IMG/VR virus record: IMGVR_UViG_3300030329_004481
Direction: 5' to 3' (one strand)
DNA from: a virus
Length of the DNA: 64,000 nt
Below the pieces are notes generated by a model. It ran no database searches. It saw nothing but the letters and a program-made list of their open reading frames with translations, and was not told the origin of the DNA. Made by a program: the position numbers and the translations under genes. Below, piece by piece: positions 35,542 through 46,918 of this stretch. Positions within the stretch are counted from its first letter, which is position 1. Every line of letters starts with the position of its first letter.

Positions 35542-38500
35542 GTGTCTAACGCTATCACTCTTAAATCTTTAACTTTTGGAATATCAACAAAACTTGATGA
35601 TGCAAGAACAATTTTAATTGCAAAAGTTCTAAAATTATTATAAGTATTATTTCCTGCTGTATATTCTGCGGTATCATTAACAGTTCTAAACTCAAATGTT
35701 TGAAAATCATTATCATTTGATGAAAATAAATTTGAATCTGTCACTTGACTCATCTTTATCCAATATTTATCATCAAATGATTCACTATCACCAGCACTCA
35801 ATACTTTATAATAAGCAATAATATTTGATGTACTTGGTTTATATGCTCTCAAATAAACTTTCAAATCTTCAGCATCGAATCCTGAAGCCAATGATACCCT
35901 TCTAGTAATATATCTTGCGATGTTATTACCACCATTTTGATTTGTTTCAGATGATATTTTAATTTCACCACCTGAACCACCAGAAAGTGTGACACTAGCA
36001 TCATCAAAATATCCAGAACCTGCTGAACTAACTGTTGCTCCTGTTATAACACCTGATCCATCTACAGCCAATGTTACTTGACCAGAAGAACCTGTTGATC
36101 CATTAATTGCCAAAGTTCCTGCAGAATAACCAGTTCCAGGACTTATAATTGAAACATCATCATTTGTAAATCCGCCATTCTGGATATTATTTTTTACTGT
36201 AATTAAATTTAGTCTTGATAAATCAATTATTGGTGAAACATTTGGATCTGTAGTTGACATACCAACTCTCAATAAGAAGTCTGGTCTAGATGTTCCATCA
36301 AAATTATCAGTTCTTATCCATTTTCTTTCAGAAAAATTTTCATTCTTTCCAGCCAAAATTGATGTATAAGAAGTTTCTCTTGTTCCTGCGTCTGCAGTTG
36401 TTGTTTGATATTCATAATCAAGAACACTAGATGAAAATCTTAAATCTGAAGAATTTAGTTTCATTAGATCAAAATATGTATGTGATGTTGATCCAGATAA
36501 TGATTTTGGTACAACATTCAATGCTATTTGATTAGCGACTGAAGATGTTGTTTGAAATGCACATTTTTCTATCTTAAACATCAAAGTTCTATTGTAAATT
36601 GGATTCCACAAACTTGCGTTTTGTGCAATGAATAATTTACCAACTTCTGTTGATTTGCCAGCTTTAGTATTCAAAACTGTCGTATTTGTAACAATGTTTC
36701 CTTCAACTGAATTATGAACTTTATAGTTTGAACTATTTGTTTGAACAGTAAAACAATGTTCTCCTGGTGGTAAATATACAGGTGATGAAAATGTAAATTT
36801 TGTTCCACTAGTTGCTGAAGTTGAATCAGGAGAATTTTCTATTGAAACTTGTCCTGGTAATAATGATTTTTCTGAAAAAGGTAATACGACTGATGAACTA
36901 GGAACACCATTTACCATTGGCCTGATTTGTAATGTAATTGGTAATTCAGTATCTTTATTGTTGAAATATAAAGAAATACTACTAATAAATGTTCCATTTG
37001 GATATCTTGCCTCATCAACATAAAATGTTTGAGCCATAGGATTAGTAAAATTACTTGATGGATTTTTTCTTGTGACAGAATCTTTTGTTAAAATATTTGA
37101 CGTAATATCATCACGTCTAACTAACGCAGATCTTGTAGAAATTACATCACCATCTGAAACAGATTCCAATCCTTTTATATGAAACACCTTTTCAGAAACA
37201 GAAGTTGTTTCAGAAACAATATTATCAGATTGATCTGTTATTCTAATAACTCTTTCACCTGCTCTAAATTGTCCACTATTAATTTTTATACTTCCACACA
37301 AAACCCCAGTCGCGTCAGGCACAAAACCAGTATTAGCAACATCTGCGGTCAGAGTTGCTTCTTTAGTTGTTGATCCTGAAGAATCAATATAAGTTGCTTG
37401 AATTTCTGTTCCAGATCCAGCTATACCAGAATCTAACCAATTATTACTTGTATTTGCTATTAAAAATGTAGTATTACCATTCACATCTGTAGCAACTAAA
37501 GTACCAAAAACATCTGTAGCACCTGTTTTATGTATTCTAACAAGTTCACCTTCATTTGCTTCAAATGGAGTTTGTGTTGATGTTGTCAATTTAACTGCTG
37601 ATTCTGATTGTGAAGTAACATTAACATCATCTATATAAACATAATGTAATGCTTTTGGTTTTAATCCTTCAGCTTTAAAAATTACTGTCTGTTCTCTTGA
37701 ATATGGAATGATAGTATCATTAACTATTTTATTATTTACAGTTTTCTTAATTGTTTCTGGTTGATTTTTTGATAAAATACCTTCTCTAGAAATACTTTCT
37801 TCTATAGTTTTTGCTGATCTATCTACTTGAGTTGTTATTGATTTTTTCTTTCTTGTCTTTGTCAAATCATCTGTATTAATTTCTTCACCTGTCCAATTTT
37901 TGGACCATGAATCCCATTGAGTACCAAACCCAAAATTATATCTTGACGCAGACCAATTATCATTTTGTCCTTCTAGATTCATTAATACATCAACATATTT
38001 GCTTTGTGAAAACCATGTATCACTTGGGGGAGTTAATAACATAGTTCCACTAAATGGTGTGGAACCAAAAGGATTTACAACTTCTGTTCCTGTTGTTACT
38101 GGTTGAACCACAAAATCTGAATTAGTATAAGCAACTGATACTAAGTCACCAGTTTTAATAACATTTGTTCCATTTTGACTTGGATTAAATTCAAACTTAA
38201 AATTTTCAGATGTATATGAAGGCCTTAAAATTGATTTATCATAATCTATAGAAATTTTATAATCATCATCTACAACGTCTCCAACACTATGTCCTGTGAA
38301 TTGATCAACTAAAATTCCATTTTTAAATCTTTCAACACCGGAATCTGTAAAAATTGGTTGATCCTTTGCATCCTTTTCTAAAAAAGTCAATGACGTATAA
38401 TATTCTAATTGCTCAATTCTTTTCTCCAAAGAACCAATATCTCTCATTGTAAATCTTTTATTTTCAATATATTGAAGATCTATGTCATTTAAATTAAAAG

Positions 38501-41500
38501 TATATTCTGGAATATCAGCAATATAGAGCGTCATTGAATCTTCTTCATCTGCTGGAGCAATCGGATCAACTGAAGAAATTCCTTCAATAATTTTAAAATT
38601 TCTATCTTTCGAAACTACTATCTTGTCTTTTCTTGGAAGATAATATTCAACATCCGTTGTAAACACAACATCTGAATCAGGTATTCTAGGATAAGTATAA
38701 CTCGCACCTTCAATTGATACACTATCAAAACTATAATCTGAAGACGCATCTCCATCAACTCTCCTTGGTCGAAAATCAACACAATTTCTCAAGTTTACTT
38801 GTTTACCAGTTTTTGGACTTACAAATTCTGGAATACTTGAATAAGCAATGGTACTGTAAGAATCTACAGTAAATGGTCCATCAGTTGTTCCATGTGTGAA
38901 AAAATCAAATATTGCTAAAATTGGTGTTGTTGCTGCTGATTTTCCTGGTTTCAATGATATTGAACCATGATCATATATGTTATCTTTTTGCCCTGTATTT
39001 AAATTATAATTATCTGTAATATTATTTGAATCAGAAGTTGAAGCAATTGCTGAACTTAAAACACCAGATGTAATTCCTGAAATATCAGATGTTGGTGATT
39101 TAACAACAGCCAACAATGTACTAACATCAGAAGTTTTTAAACTAATCGTAGTATTAGAATAATCAGCTACAGAAGTTGCTTTATATTGCCCCAACCCTCT
39201 CAAGATAGTTTCATTACTTCCAGAAGTAAATGATGTTGTATTTCCTTGAACTAATGTTTTTGTGTTAAATGCCGCAGAAGCAACTGTAGAAAGATTAATT
39301 GTTACATAAACATCAGCTTGGAAGGTATCTGAAGCACTTCCTGTATTAAGAGTTAACCCTGTTCCTGCTCCATTTAAATCTGCCGCTTGAGTACCAGTTC
39401 CAGGAATTATATTAATTATTTCTCCTGCTGATTTACCAGAACTCAATGGATCAGTAACAGTTACTATGATATTATTTAAAAATCCTGTGGTTCCTAAAGA
39501 TTGTCCAGGAGTACCAGCAAAAGTTCCAGAGGTTATACTTTTAGTAAAAACACCCGCACTAAAACTTTGATTTTTAAATAAATGTTTTACAGAATAAACA
39601 TAATTACTAGAATTTGTTGGTTTTAAAGTTTTTACAACATTTTGTGGTAAATCATAAACCAATGAACTTTTGTCTGTTTCAAAAAATTTAGTTCCACTAG
39701 TATTATCCAAATTATCAACTCTACCATAAATTGAAATGTCTCCACTACTAACTACCTTAAAAGTGGAATTGGATGTTATTATTGAATCTAATTGTTTAGC
39801 TGTAAAATCTATTCGACAAGTATTACTTGAGACAATGTTAGTTAAAAATGCTTTATCAACCGTAACAGTGTTACCACTATGTACTGTTATTGTTCTTGTT
39901 TGACCAATAGCATCACCACTTGTCATTGTTATTTTTGCACCAACATAAGCTGAAGTAACTGCTGAAGATGTAGTTGAATCTAAATCAATAGTAAGATCAC
40001 CCGCAGTAGTTGTTCCAGAAGCAGATGAAGTAATACTAGTAATATCAGTATCATAGACATATAAATCATAAACTCCATCAGTTCCAGGAGTTCCAGTAAA
40101 ATAATCAATTTGTCTTGGACGTGCCGTACCTATTTTAGTTAATTCATATGTAGATTGGGTTGTTGTAACAATATCTGTAGCAGCAACACAATGTAAATCA
40201 ATTTTTGATTGTGTACTAATATCAAAAGATTTTGATAAATTTGTTATTCTAAAATAATTGCCAAAATTTGGGTTTACTACCGCATTGAGTGCACTAGCTG
40301 TATCTCTACCTTTGCGCATATCAATAAAATTAGTTCCCATACTTTCATATTCATAACCTCTTATATACGCTTTTCCAGATTCTAATCCAACAGAAACTTT
40401 ATCATTATTGACTATTCTTTGTGTTTCACCAGAACCAAGTGCATCAGTAACCGTCATTACAGTATTGCTTGTTATTCCTGTAATTGTTGTTGATGTTGAA
40501 TTTACTGAACCATTTGTTAAATAAATTGAATCACCAACTCTAAAATCTATTTCAAATTTAGACGCAGATGAACCATTAATTGTTGTTGTAGAACTTGCAG
40601 TTGTTGTATAAACCGTGCCTTTATGATCATTAACATTTGATAAAAATGGTCTTACTGTGTAATTACCAGATTCATCAAAAGTTCTTCTTGACATTATATT
40701 TTCAAGTTCTCCATACAATGGATAATTTACAATCTTTTCAATTTGTCCAGATCTAACTCTTAACAATTCAACAAAATTAGTATGAGATATTGTTGCTAAT
40801 GCATTTTTAGATAATATTAAAGATATTTTATATCTATCTGCTCCTGGAGCATTAACATTATATGAACCAGATGCATTATCTAATAATGTCAAATCATCAT
40901 CACTTGAAACAATTGATTCTGAAATGGTCAATCCAACTTTATAACTAGGAGTGTTATTATATTTTTCTAAAATTAAAGCTTGAGCATCAACCAAAACAAA
41001 AAATCCATTTACATAATAAACACCATCATTAATTGTTGCAACTGATGACAATCCACTAATTGTTCCTGATGCCGCAGTTACACAAGTTGTATCAGAATCC
41101 GTAGCTATTTGAATATTTACACCTGTTGCTGTAATTTTATCACTTGCCATATATCTGACAACTAATGTTGGGGGATCAGTACCTTCTGAATCAGCAACCG
41201 CAATACATTCTGCCAGAGTATTATTGTCAGTATCACCAACCAATTTTATTTTTTGATTTAAAAAGGATGATTGATTTGTAGTAGAATCTGCTAATCTTAT
41301 ATAATAAACATTATTATCAAAACTAATTTCACCACCAGTTACTAAACTACCATCTTTATATAAAGAATCACCAAATCTTGAAATTTGATTTTGTAAAAAT
41401 GTTTGTATCTGTGTGAGTTCTCTAACTTGTAAAGAAACACCCGGTTGAAACAACAATCTAAGGAATTTTTTTGCTTCAGCGTAATCATCAAAATAAGGTG

Positions 41501-41537
41501 ATTGCTGTAATGTAGAAAGTAAACTTAATGTAGCCAT
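35538..41537 (-). CDS. VrlC/DUF4815-like large virion structural protein
   Basis: SPYFDDY..LFQPG..LQVRELTQIQ, RRTFDESGNY, GKAYIRGYE, YYLPRKD, RFTMRDIG..IEQLEYYT, RFKNGILVD, C-terminal DLRVIAL; follows gp8. Confidence 0.85.
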   Translation of the reverse strand: MATLSLLSTLQQSPYFDDYAEAKKFLRLLFQPGVSLQVRELTQIQTFLQNQISRFGDSLYKDGSLVTGGEISFDNNVYYIRLADSTTNQSSFLNQKIKLVGDTDNNTLAECIAVADSEGTDPPTLVVRYMASDKITATGVNIQIATDSDTTCVTAASGTISGLSSVATINDGVYYVNGFFVLVDAQALILEKYNNTPSYKVGLTISESIVSSDDDLTLLDNASGSYNVNAPGADRYKISLILSKNALATISHTNFVELLRVRSGQIEKIVNYPLYGELENIMSRRTFDESGNYTVRPFLSNVNDHKGTVYTTTASSTTTINGSSASKFEIDFRVGDSIYLTNGSVNSTSTTITGITSNTVMTVTDALGSGETQRIVNNDKVSVGLESGKAYIRGYEYESMGTNFIDMRKGRDTASALNAVVNPNFGNYFRITNLSKSFDISTQSKIDLHCVAATDIVTTTQSTYELTKIGTARPRQIDYFTGTPGTDGVYDLYVYDTDITSITSSASGTTTAGDLTIDLDSTTSSAVTSAYVGAKITMTSGDAIGQTRTITVHSGNTVTVDKAFLTNIVSSNTCRIDFTAKQLDSIITSNSTFKVVSSGDISIYGRVDNLDNTSGTKFFETDKSSLVYDLPQNVVKTLKPTNSSNYVYSVKHLFKNQSFSAGVFTKSITSGTFAGTPGQSLGTTGFLNNIIVTVTDPLSSGKSAGEIINIIPGTGTQAADLNGAGTGLTLNTGSASDTFQADVYVTINLSTVASAAFNTKTLVQGNTTSFTSGSNETILRGLGQYKATSVADYSNTTISLKTSDVSTLLAVVKSPTSDISGITSGVLSSAIASTSDSNNITDNYNLNTGQKDNIYDHGSISLKPGKSAATTPILAIFDFFTHGTTDGPFTVDSYSTIAYSSIPEFVSPKTGKQVNLRNCVDFRPRRVDGDASSDYSFDSVSIEGASYTYPRIPDSDVVFTTDVEYYLPRKDKIVVSKDRNFKIIEGISSVDPIAPADEEDSMTLYIADIPEYTFNLNDIDLQYIENKRFTMRDIGSLEKRIEQLEYYTSLTFLEKDAKDQPIFTDSGVERFKNGILVDQFTGHSVGDVVDDDYKISIDYDKSILRPSYTSENFKFEFNPSQNGTNVIKTGDLVSVAYTNSDFVVQPVTTGTEVVNPFGSTPFSGTMLLTPPSDTWFSQSKYVDVLMNLEGQNDNWSASRYNFGFGTQWDSWSKNWTGEEINTDDLTKTRKKKSITTQVDRSAKTIEESISREGILSKNQPETIKKTVNNKIVNDTIIPYSREQTVIFKAEGLKPKALHYVYIDDVNVTSQSESAVKLTTSTQTPFEANEGELVRIHKTGATDVFGTLVATDVNGNTTFLIANTSNNWLDSGIAGSGTEIQATYIDSSGSTTKEATLTADVANTGFVPDATGVLCGSIKINSGQFRAGERVIRITDQSDNIVSETTSVSEKVFHIKGLESVSDGDVISTRSALVRRDDITSNILTKDSVTRKNPSSNFTNPMAQTFYVDEARYPNGTFISSISLYFNNKDTELPITLQIRPMVNGVPSSSVVLPFSEKSLLPGQVSIENSPDSTSATSGTKFTFSSPVYLPPGEHCFTVQTNSSNYKVHNSVEGNIVTNTTVLNTKAGKSTEVGKLFIAQNASLWNPIYNRTLMFKIEKCAFQTTSSVANQIALNVVPKSLSGSTSHTYFDLMKLNSSDLRFSSSVLDYEYQTTTADAGTRETSYTSILAGKNENFSERKWIRTDNFDGTSRPDFLLRVGMSTTDPNVSPIIDLSRLNLITVKNNIQNGGFTNDDVSIISPGTGYSAGTLAINGSTGSSGQVTLAVDGSGVITGATVSSAGSGYFDDASVTLSGGSGGEIKISSETNQNGGNNIARYITRRVSLASGFDAEDLKVYLRAYKPSTSNIIAYYKVLSAGDSESFDDKYWIKMSQVTDSNLFSSNDNDFQTFEFRTVNDTAEYTAGNNTYNNFRTFAIKIVLASSSFVDIPKVKDLRVIALDT

Positions 41538-41541
41538 ATTT

Positions 41542-43296
41542 TTAGAATTCTATGATTAGTTTGATATCTTCTGTTTGGTCAGCCGCTCTTGCGATTGGTG
41601 ATCTGTTTTCAACATAAAGTAATGAACCACTGTATGGTTTCATTTCACCAGCAGTGATTGAAGTAATTACCGCAGTACTTCCTGAACAACTAACATTTTC
41701 TTGTTGAAATCCGCCTGGAAGACCAGAAACAGTTCCGCCCGCGGGATTTGTCATGTCAACACCATTGGTTTCAGCATTACCTAATATTTTATTAGTATCA
41801 GATGGTCCAAGATCAACATTAATACATCTTAAATCTTTGAAGGCAATACCACCAACTGTAACATCTGTAACATCAACAATTTTTGCTTGAGCTCCTGAAG
41901 ATGCACCAACAATAACGTTATCAGCTATGAAATTAGAACCATTAATTGTTCCAATTCTTACTGTTATTGCTTGAGTTCCTGCTGTAGCAACAAATCTGTG
42001 AGTAGCATTTGCAGCAATAGGACTTTGAACAACACCTATTTGTCTAAAATCATTAGATGTTGTAAATTTTCCGCCCTCACTTTGTTCCAATCTTGTATTG
42101 ATCATTAAAAAATTTCCACCACATTCTTCAACTAAATTATAACCATGGCCACCTTTTGGTGAAATAATTGGTTTAATAACTGCTCCAGCACCTGATGATT
42201 GAGGTTGAATAACTTTTGCTTCCGCTTGACCATAGTTTGAACCAACATCACCAGAAAAAACTGCACCAATTGTTCCACCAGTAGCACCCTCTACGCATCT
42301 TGCTGATGCCCCAGTACCATCTCCGTAAATTTTAACTTGTGGAAAAATACTAAATGCACCAGTGGCCGCAGTTGATAAAGCTGAATCTAATGTAAATGTT
42401 CCTTTTCCAGACCCAACATCATATGAGTAATCTGTAACTTTTCTAATAACATTATTAACATAAACACCGGAATTATTATAAACATCATTTGTTTCATTAA
42501 TTCCAGTTGTCGTTGTTACAATTTGTGTTGTGGATGAGTCATTAGATCCATCTAAACAAGTACCATTAAAAAATTGATAGTTCGCACCAGCATTTTGGAT
42601 TTCATAAACATCAATAGATCCGTTAACTGTATTTTTTTCAATATCAAATTGAGCAGAACCATCATCTGTTGGCATTCCAGTAGTTCCTGTCATTCCAATA
42701 GCGTTAGCATTTCTTATTGTTTTTACTGGAATATAATTTGGAGTCACAAATTTAAGTGCCTCTGCCGCAGTAATTGTATATAAGTATTTCCACTTATAAT
42801 TATCTTGACCATACTTATCATCAATTGCACCAGCTTCAGAACTAACAGAAATTGGCTGTGATGTTGACGTTGCATTATTTGCATTATCCATACACTTATA
42901 CACATTAAAATCTTGTGTCATAACAATCAACGGACTTGTTGTGTTTGTGTGCAATTCATGATCATTATCATTGTATTGTGTATATACTGTTCCAGAAGTC
43001 CAATTATATCTTGGTATAACGTGTGAAACATCAGCGGAAGTAATTTTCTTTGCCGCTATCATTGTATCCCAAGGTTCATAAGTATTTTGTTTAGTTGTAT
43101 CTGTTGGATCAGGTGGTGCATTATCATCGTCCCAAACAGTTGTTCTTCCAATAAAAGTATAATAGTGTTCATCTAATGTTGTTGCATCTTCTGATCCTGT
43201 TACACCAGAACCGCCCCAAGCAGCAGATTCATCGATACTCTCTTTGAATTGTTTGGCGTTGTGCACTCTAAATTTTCGTGTGACTAAAGCAGGCAT
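41542..43296 (-). CDS. gp8: Baseplate wedge subunit gp8
   Basis: FRVHNA..YTFIGR..W; PRYNWTSG; VYKCMDN; YKWKYLY; ISPKGGHG; DFRQIG; SGSLLYVENR..EDIKLIIEF. Confidence 0.9.
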   Translation of the reverse strand: MPALVTRKFRVHNAKQFKESIDESAAWGGSGVTGSEDATTLDEHYYTFIGRTTVWDDDNAPPDPTDTTKQNTYEPWDTMIAAKKITSADVSHVIPRYNWTSGTVYTQYNDNDHELHTNTTSPLIVMTQDFNVYKCMDNANNATSTSQPISVSSEAGAIDDKYGQDNYKWKYLYTITAAEALKFVTPNYIPVKTIRNANAIGMTGTTGMPTDDGSAQFDIEKNTVNGSIDVYEIQNAGANYQFFNGTCLDGSNDSSTTQIVTTTTGINETNDVYNNSGVYVNNVIRKVTDYSYDVGSGKGTFTLDSALSTAATGAFSIFPQVKIYGDGTGASARCVEGATGGTIGAVFSGDVGSNYGQAEAKVIQPQSSGAGAVIKPIISPKGGHGYNLVEECGGNFLMINTRLEQSEGGKFTTSNDFRQIGVVQSPIAANATHRFVATAGTQAITVRIGTINGSNFIADNVIVGASSGAQAKIVDVTDVTVGGIAFKDLRCINVDLGPSDTNKILGNAETNGVDMTNPAGGTVSGLPGGFQQENVSCSGSTAVITSITAGEMKPYSGSLLYVENRSPIARAADQTEDIKLIIEF

Positions 43297-43329
43297 TAAT
43301 TACTCCTAATTATAATAAATCTTTATGTT

Positions 43330-43337
43330 TATTTATG
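43330..43337 (-). promoter_or_regulatory. Putative T4-type late promoter (CATAAATA) upstream of gp8
   Basis: NATAAATA ~33 nt upstream of the ATG, followed by SD AGGAG (43303-43307). Confidence 0.6.
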
Positions 43338-46300
43338 TTCTTTTCATAATTGTTTGATTTTCTAAAGTAAATAAAGCTGGAATACTTGAAGCACTGTTAT
43401 CCCAACCATAATTTTCTCTATACCTTACAGGTTGATGTAATGTTACTTTATACGGATCTACAGATTTTATGGTATGAAATTGATAATCTGATATTAGAAA
43501 TGGCCAGTCCGTAGCATTAGGTCCACCAACAATAACACCCTCCATTCGTATTGTAAAATTATTTAGTTCTGAAACAATGCTATCACCATCTTCCAAAATA
43601 ATACTATCCAATGATTCCAATTTTCTTCTATCAACAAAGAATTCATCATCAGAACTAAAAATATTTGTCATATCATTTGTTGGACTATGCCAATTATAAG
43701 TATAAATCTTTTCATTTGAATAATAACCAATTCTTTCACTTTGTAAAACTTCTATTGTGCTTTTTGTCCATAATTCATCACTTACTTTATAAATTCTTGG
43801 CCAATCTGCTCCATCAAAAATTGTTGTCAAATTTGTATAATCATCAAAATAATATCCATCACTCCTAATTAATGTTACAGTTGAATCTTTAATACTAACA
43901 TTTTTTGTTAACAATTTTTGATTTCTTAAAACATCACCAAGAGTTCCTTTTGAACTTATCATGACAGTTTCATCATCACTTAAATATAATCCAGCACCAG
44001 TTGTTTCAAGAACAGCACTTCCTCCGTCAACAGAAGAATTAAATATGGTATTCCAATAAGCATCTCCACCATCTGTAGTTGTTTCATGTGAAACTGTACT
44101 TGTAGCTCCACCATCAGTTGCATTTTGAGGCCTTTGTTTTACTTTTATATAACTACTAATAATTGTCAATGGTGCATTGTGTGTTGAACCACTACCTTGT
44201 ATATCTGCTCCTGAAAATTTTAAAGTAAAAGAAGTTCCAGATGTTTGTGTTATATCACTTTGTTTTACTAATCTATCACCAATGAATATTTGCAAAGTAT
44301 TTGGTTCATAAGTATGAGTAAATGTAAATTCTGTTGTAGAAGAAGCAATATTGAAATCTGACATATCAATATATTTTTTGCTGTAATGTGGAAAAATTTG
44401 TCCTAACTCATAACTTTGTATTTTAGACCAAAATCTAACATCATCCCAAATTTTTTCAAATCCAGATTCTTTATCAACTTTATGAGTTTCCATTCTATTT
44501 GCTGCTACAGTAGCGGTTGTTCCATTTTTTAATGGAATACCATCAATATAAATAATTCCTTGTTCTTCAACTTCCATGTAGAAATCCCAATTCCTATCAC
44601 TCTTAATTGTTTTTTCTGGAATTTGAGCATCTATCAATGGTGCCTCAATAATCAACATTAAATCTCTATACTGTGTCAATCCTCTAGAATCTAAAGTATT
44701 AATACTATTTTTACCTTGATCAAACATTGCCGCTTCAATTTCGGATCTAACAATAACTTCACCAAACAATTCAGTTCCTGCGGGGTGGACCGTGTTTAAA
44801 ACTAAATCTCTATAATTGTTAATGTCTTGGTCAGCTAATATGACATAAGAAAAATCTTGATAATATTTACTATCTTGTAATTTTTTCTGTGAACTTAACT
44901 GTCCATCAGTTCCAACATAATAACCATCATAATATCTTACTGAATCTAAAAGTAATGTAGCATTAGCTGTTCCATCACCAAATCCTGTAAAGTCTATTTG
45001 AGGGACAGTAGTTGTAAAGGCGGCACCAGGATTTCTAACAATAACATCTTGAATTTGTCCTCCCATAGTAGCTACCTCTAGAGAACCATTATTTCCAAAA
45101 GGACCGATGCCAGTATCAGGCAATCCATTTACTTCTTGGAAATCATCATTTACTTTTATAGAAACCGTTGGTGTACCCTTATATAATCTACCAAAATCTG
45201 TTATTTCAATTGTTCCTATTTGACCAATAGTCTTATCTGAATAATCCAATATTCCTGATAAACTTGTTGAAAAACTTGTTATTGGTCTAAAAAGTTCTGA
45301 TATTAATTGATCACCATCTTCTGTTATTAGATTACTAGGGTTTTCCGTTGTAAAGTTTTCTAGTCTTTGTCCAAAAATTCCAGAATATGTTGTATTAGAA
45401 CTATTATCATTGTAATTACTTTGATTAATATAAACATCATTTGAATATTCAAAATTTGATTCAACCGCAGAAAAAAGATGTGGTGTGTATGCAAATTCAT
45501 CTTCTCTAAAAGCATTACAATAATCAGTTGTTGTAAATGGTGTACCATCAAGGACTGAATATCTAAAAACTGTATTAGAAAAGGTTTCTAATACAACACC
45601 CCTTTTAGTTGAAGAAGCATGATCATAAACAGAATGGTTTGATAACAAAAATCCCTTTCTTATGGGAATATCTGTTTCTGTTGATAATGTTATTATATGA
45701 GTGTTTGTTAATTCATAAACTTTTTGATCATTAACGGAAACAATTGATGTTGTTCCTTCTAACAAAGAAGATATTTTTGCTTGTGCACTAGATTGTGGAT
45801 CTTTTCCTGTATTATCAAAATCTACAATATCATTATTTGAATAACCAAAACCACGTCCAGTTAAAGAAATGTTTGTAACTTGGTCATTACTAGTTTTTCC
45901 AACAACAATTTCTTGTCCTACTCCCGCACCACCAACTAATGGAACTTTATTTTCAAAAAATACATTACCATCACCAGTATAACCATTTCCAGGATTAATT
46001 ACAGAAATAGCATTAATTGTGGGATCAGTTGCAACCATTCCTAATAATACTGTATTTGCATAAGTACCATCAGAATTAGGACTTGTAGCTTGAATAGTTT
46101 CTCCAAGAGAAAATTTTCCAATCATATTTTTTAAATACAACTCAATAACATTTACTGTTGAAATTTTCTTTAACGCCAATTCTGTAATGAACCCTTTAGC
46201 ACCAGAAGTTTGTCCTACTACATCTTTTGCTAAAAAATCATAATTGGTTGAAACCTGAGAAACTTGTAAAGTCGTACTTTGGACCCATTGTCCGTCTGAT

Positions 46301-46917
46301 AGTTTAAGTAAATCATTTTTTGGATAATAGAATTCTAAATGTTCTTTAAGCCTTCCTCTAACTTGACCAAAAGCTAATCTAAATAACGCTTTATAAGAAC
46401 GTTCATTTCCTTTATCAAGATACAATTCCTTAACATGCTTTGCAAATAATTTTTTGTCAATTAAAATATTTTCTGGGAAATTTTCAAACAATTCGTGTCT
46501 ATAGTTGTAAATATATTCATTATTTGGTGAATTTACATCTGACCAATCCCATGTAGTATCTCTTGCATTTAAAGGATTTCTTCTATAATGACTTAATATT
46601 GCTGATCCTGTAGAAGTAGATATTGTTTCACCATCATCAAAATGTGAACCATTAGTTGGATGAACATAAATGTAAACACCTTCCCCCAAATTTTTTGAGG
46701 TATCTACTGATAATATTTTTCCTGTTGCTTTACTTGTTGTTCCCGTAAGCACAGTTCCTTCAACAAAAGTTCCTGTAACATCAGTTGAACATAATTGTAT
46801 TGATTCTAAAAATTGATAATAACTTTTTAGAAACTTTACAAATTGCGGATTTTCATCCCTTAGTGCTTCAGGAACATGAAAATCAATTACTGAAGATAAA
46901 TGATTACCTATTGCCAT
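43333..46917 (-). CDS. gp7: Baseplate wedge initiator gp7-like protein
   Basis: FVKFLKSYYQFLE, LYLDKGNERSYKALFR, LSDGQW, LQDSKYYQDFSYVI, VHPAGTELFG; lies between gp6 and gp8. Confidence 0.8.
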   Translation of the reverse strand: MAIGNHLSSVIDFHVPEALRDENPQFVKFLKSYYQFLESIQLCSTDVTGTFVEGTVLTGTTSKATGKILSVDTSKNLGEGVYIYVHPTNGSHFDDGETISTSTGSAILSHYRRNPLNARDTTWDWSDVNSPNNEYIYNYRHELFENFPENILIDKKLFAKHVKELYLDKGNERSYKALFRLAFGQVRGRLKEHLEFYYPKNDLLKLSDGQWVQSTTLQVSQVSTNYDFLAKDVVGQTSGAKGFITELALKKISTVNVIELYLKNMIGKFSLGETIQATSPNSDGTYANTVLLGMVATDPTINAISVINPGNGYTGDGNVFFENKVPLVGGAGVGQEIVVGKTSNDQVTNISLTGRGFGYSNNDIVDFDNTGKDPQSSAQAKISSLLEGTTSIVSVNDQKVYELTNTHIITLSTETDIPIRKGFLLSNHSVYDHASSTKRGVVLETFSNTVFRYSVLDGTPFTTTDYCNAFREDEFAYTPHLFSAVESNFEYSNDVYINQSNYNDNSSNTTYSGIFGQRLENFTTENPSNLITEDGDQLISELFRPITSFSTSLSGILDYSDKTIGQIGTIEITDFGRLYKGTPTVSIKVNDDFQEVNGLPDTGIGPFGNNGSLEVATMGGQIQDVIVRNPGAAFTTTVPQIDFTGFGDGTANATLLLDSVRYYDGYYVGTDGQLSSQKKLQDSKYYQDFSYVILADQDINNYRDLVLNTVHPAGTELFGEVIVRSEIEAAMFDQGKNSINTLDSRGLTQYRDLMLIIEAPLIDAQIPEKTIKSDRNWDFYMEVEEQGIIYIDGIPLKNGTTATVAANRMETHKVDKESGFEKIWDDVRFWSKIQSYELGQIFPHYSKKYIDMSDFNIASSTTEFTFTHTYEPNTLQIFIGDRLVKQSDITQTSGTSFTLKFSGADIQGSGSTHNAPLTIISSYIKVKQRPQNATDGGATSTVSHETTTDGGDAYWNTIFNSSVDGGSAVLETTGAGLYLSDDETVMISSKGTLGDVLRNQKLLTKNVSIKDSTVTLIRSDGYYFDDYTNLTTIFDGADWPRIYKVSDELWTKSTIEVLQSERIGYYSNEKIYTYNWHSPTNDMTNIFSSDDEFFVDRRKLESLDSIILEDGDSIVSELNNFTIRMEGVIVGGPNATDWPFLISDYQFHTIKSVDPYKVTLHQPVRYRENYGWDNSASSIPALFTLENQTIMKRT

Positions 46918-46918
46918 A

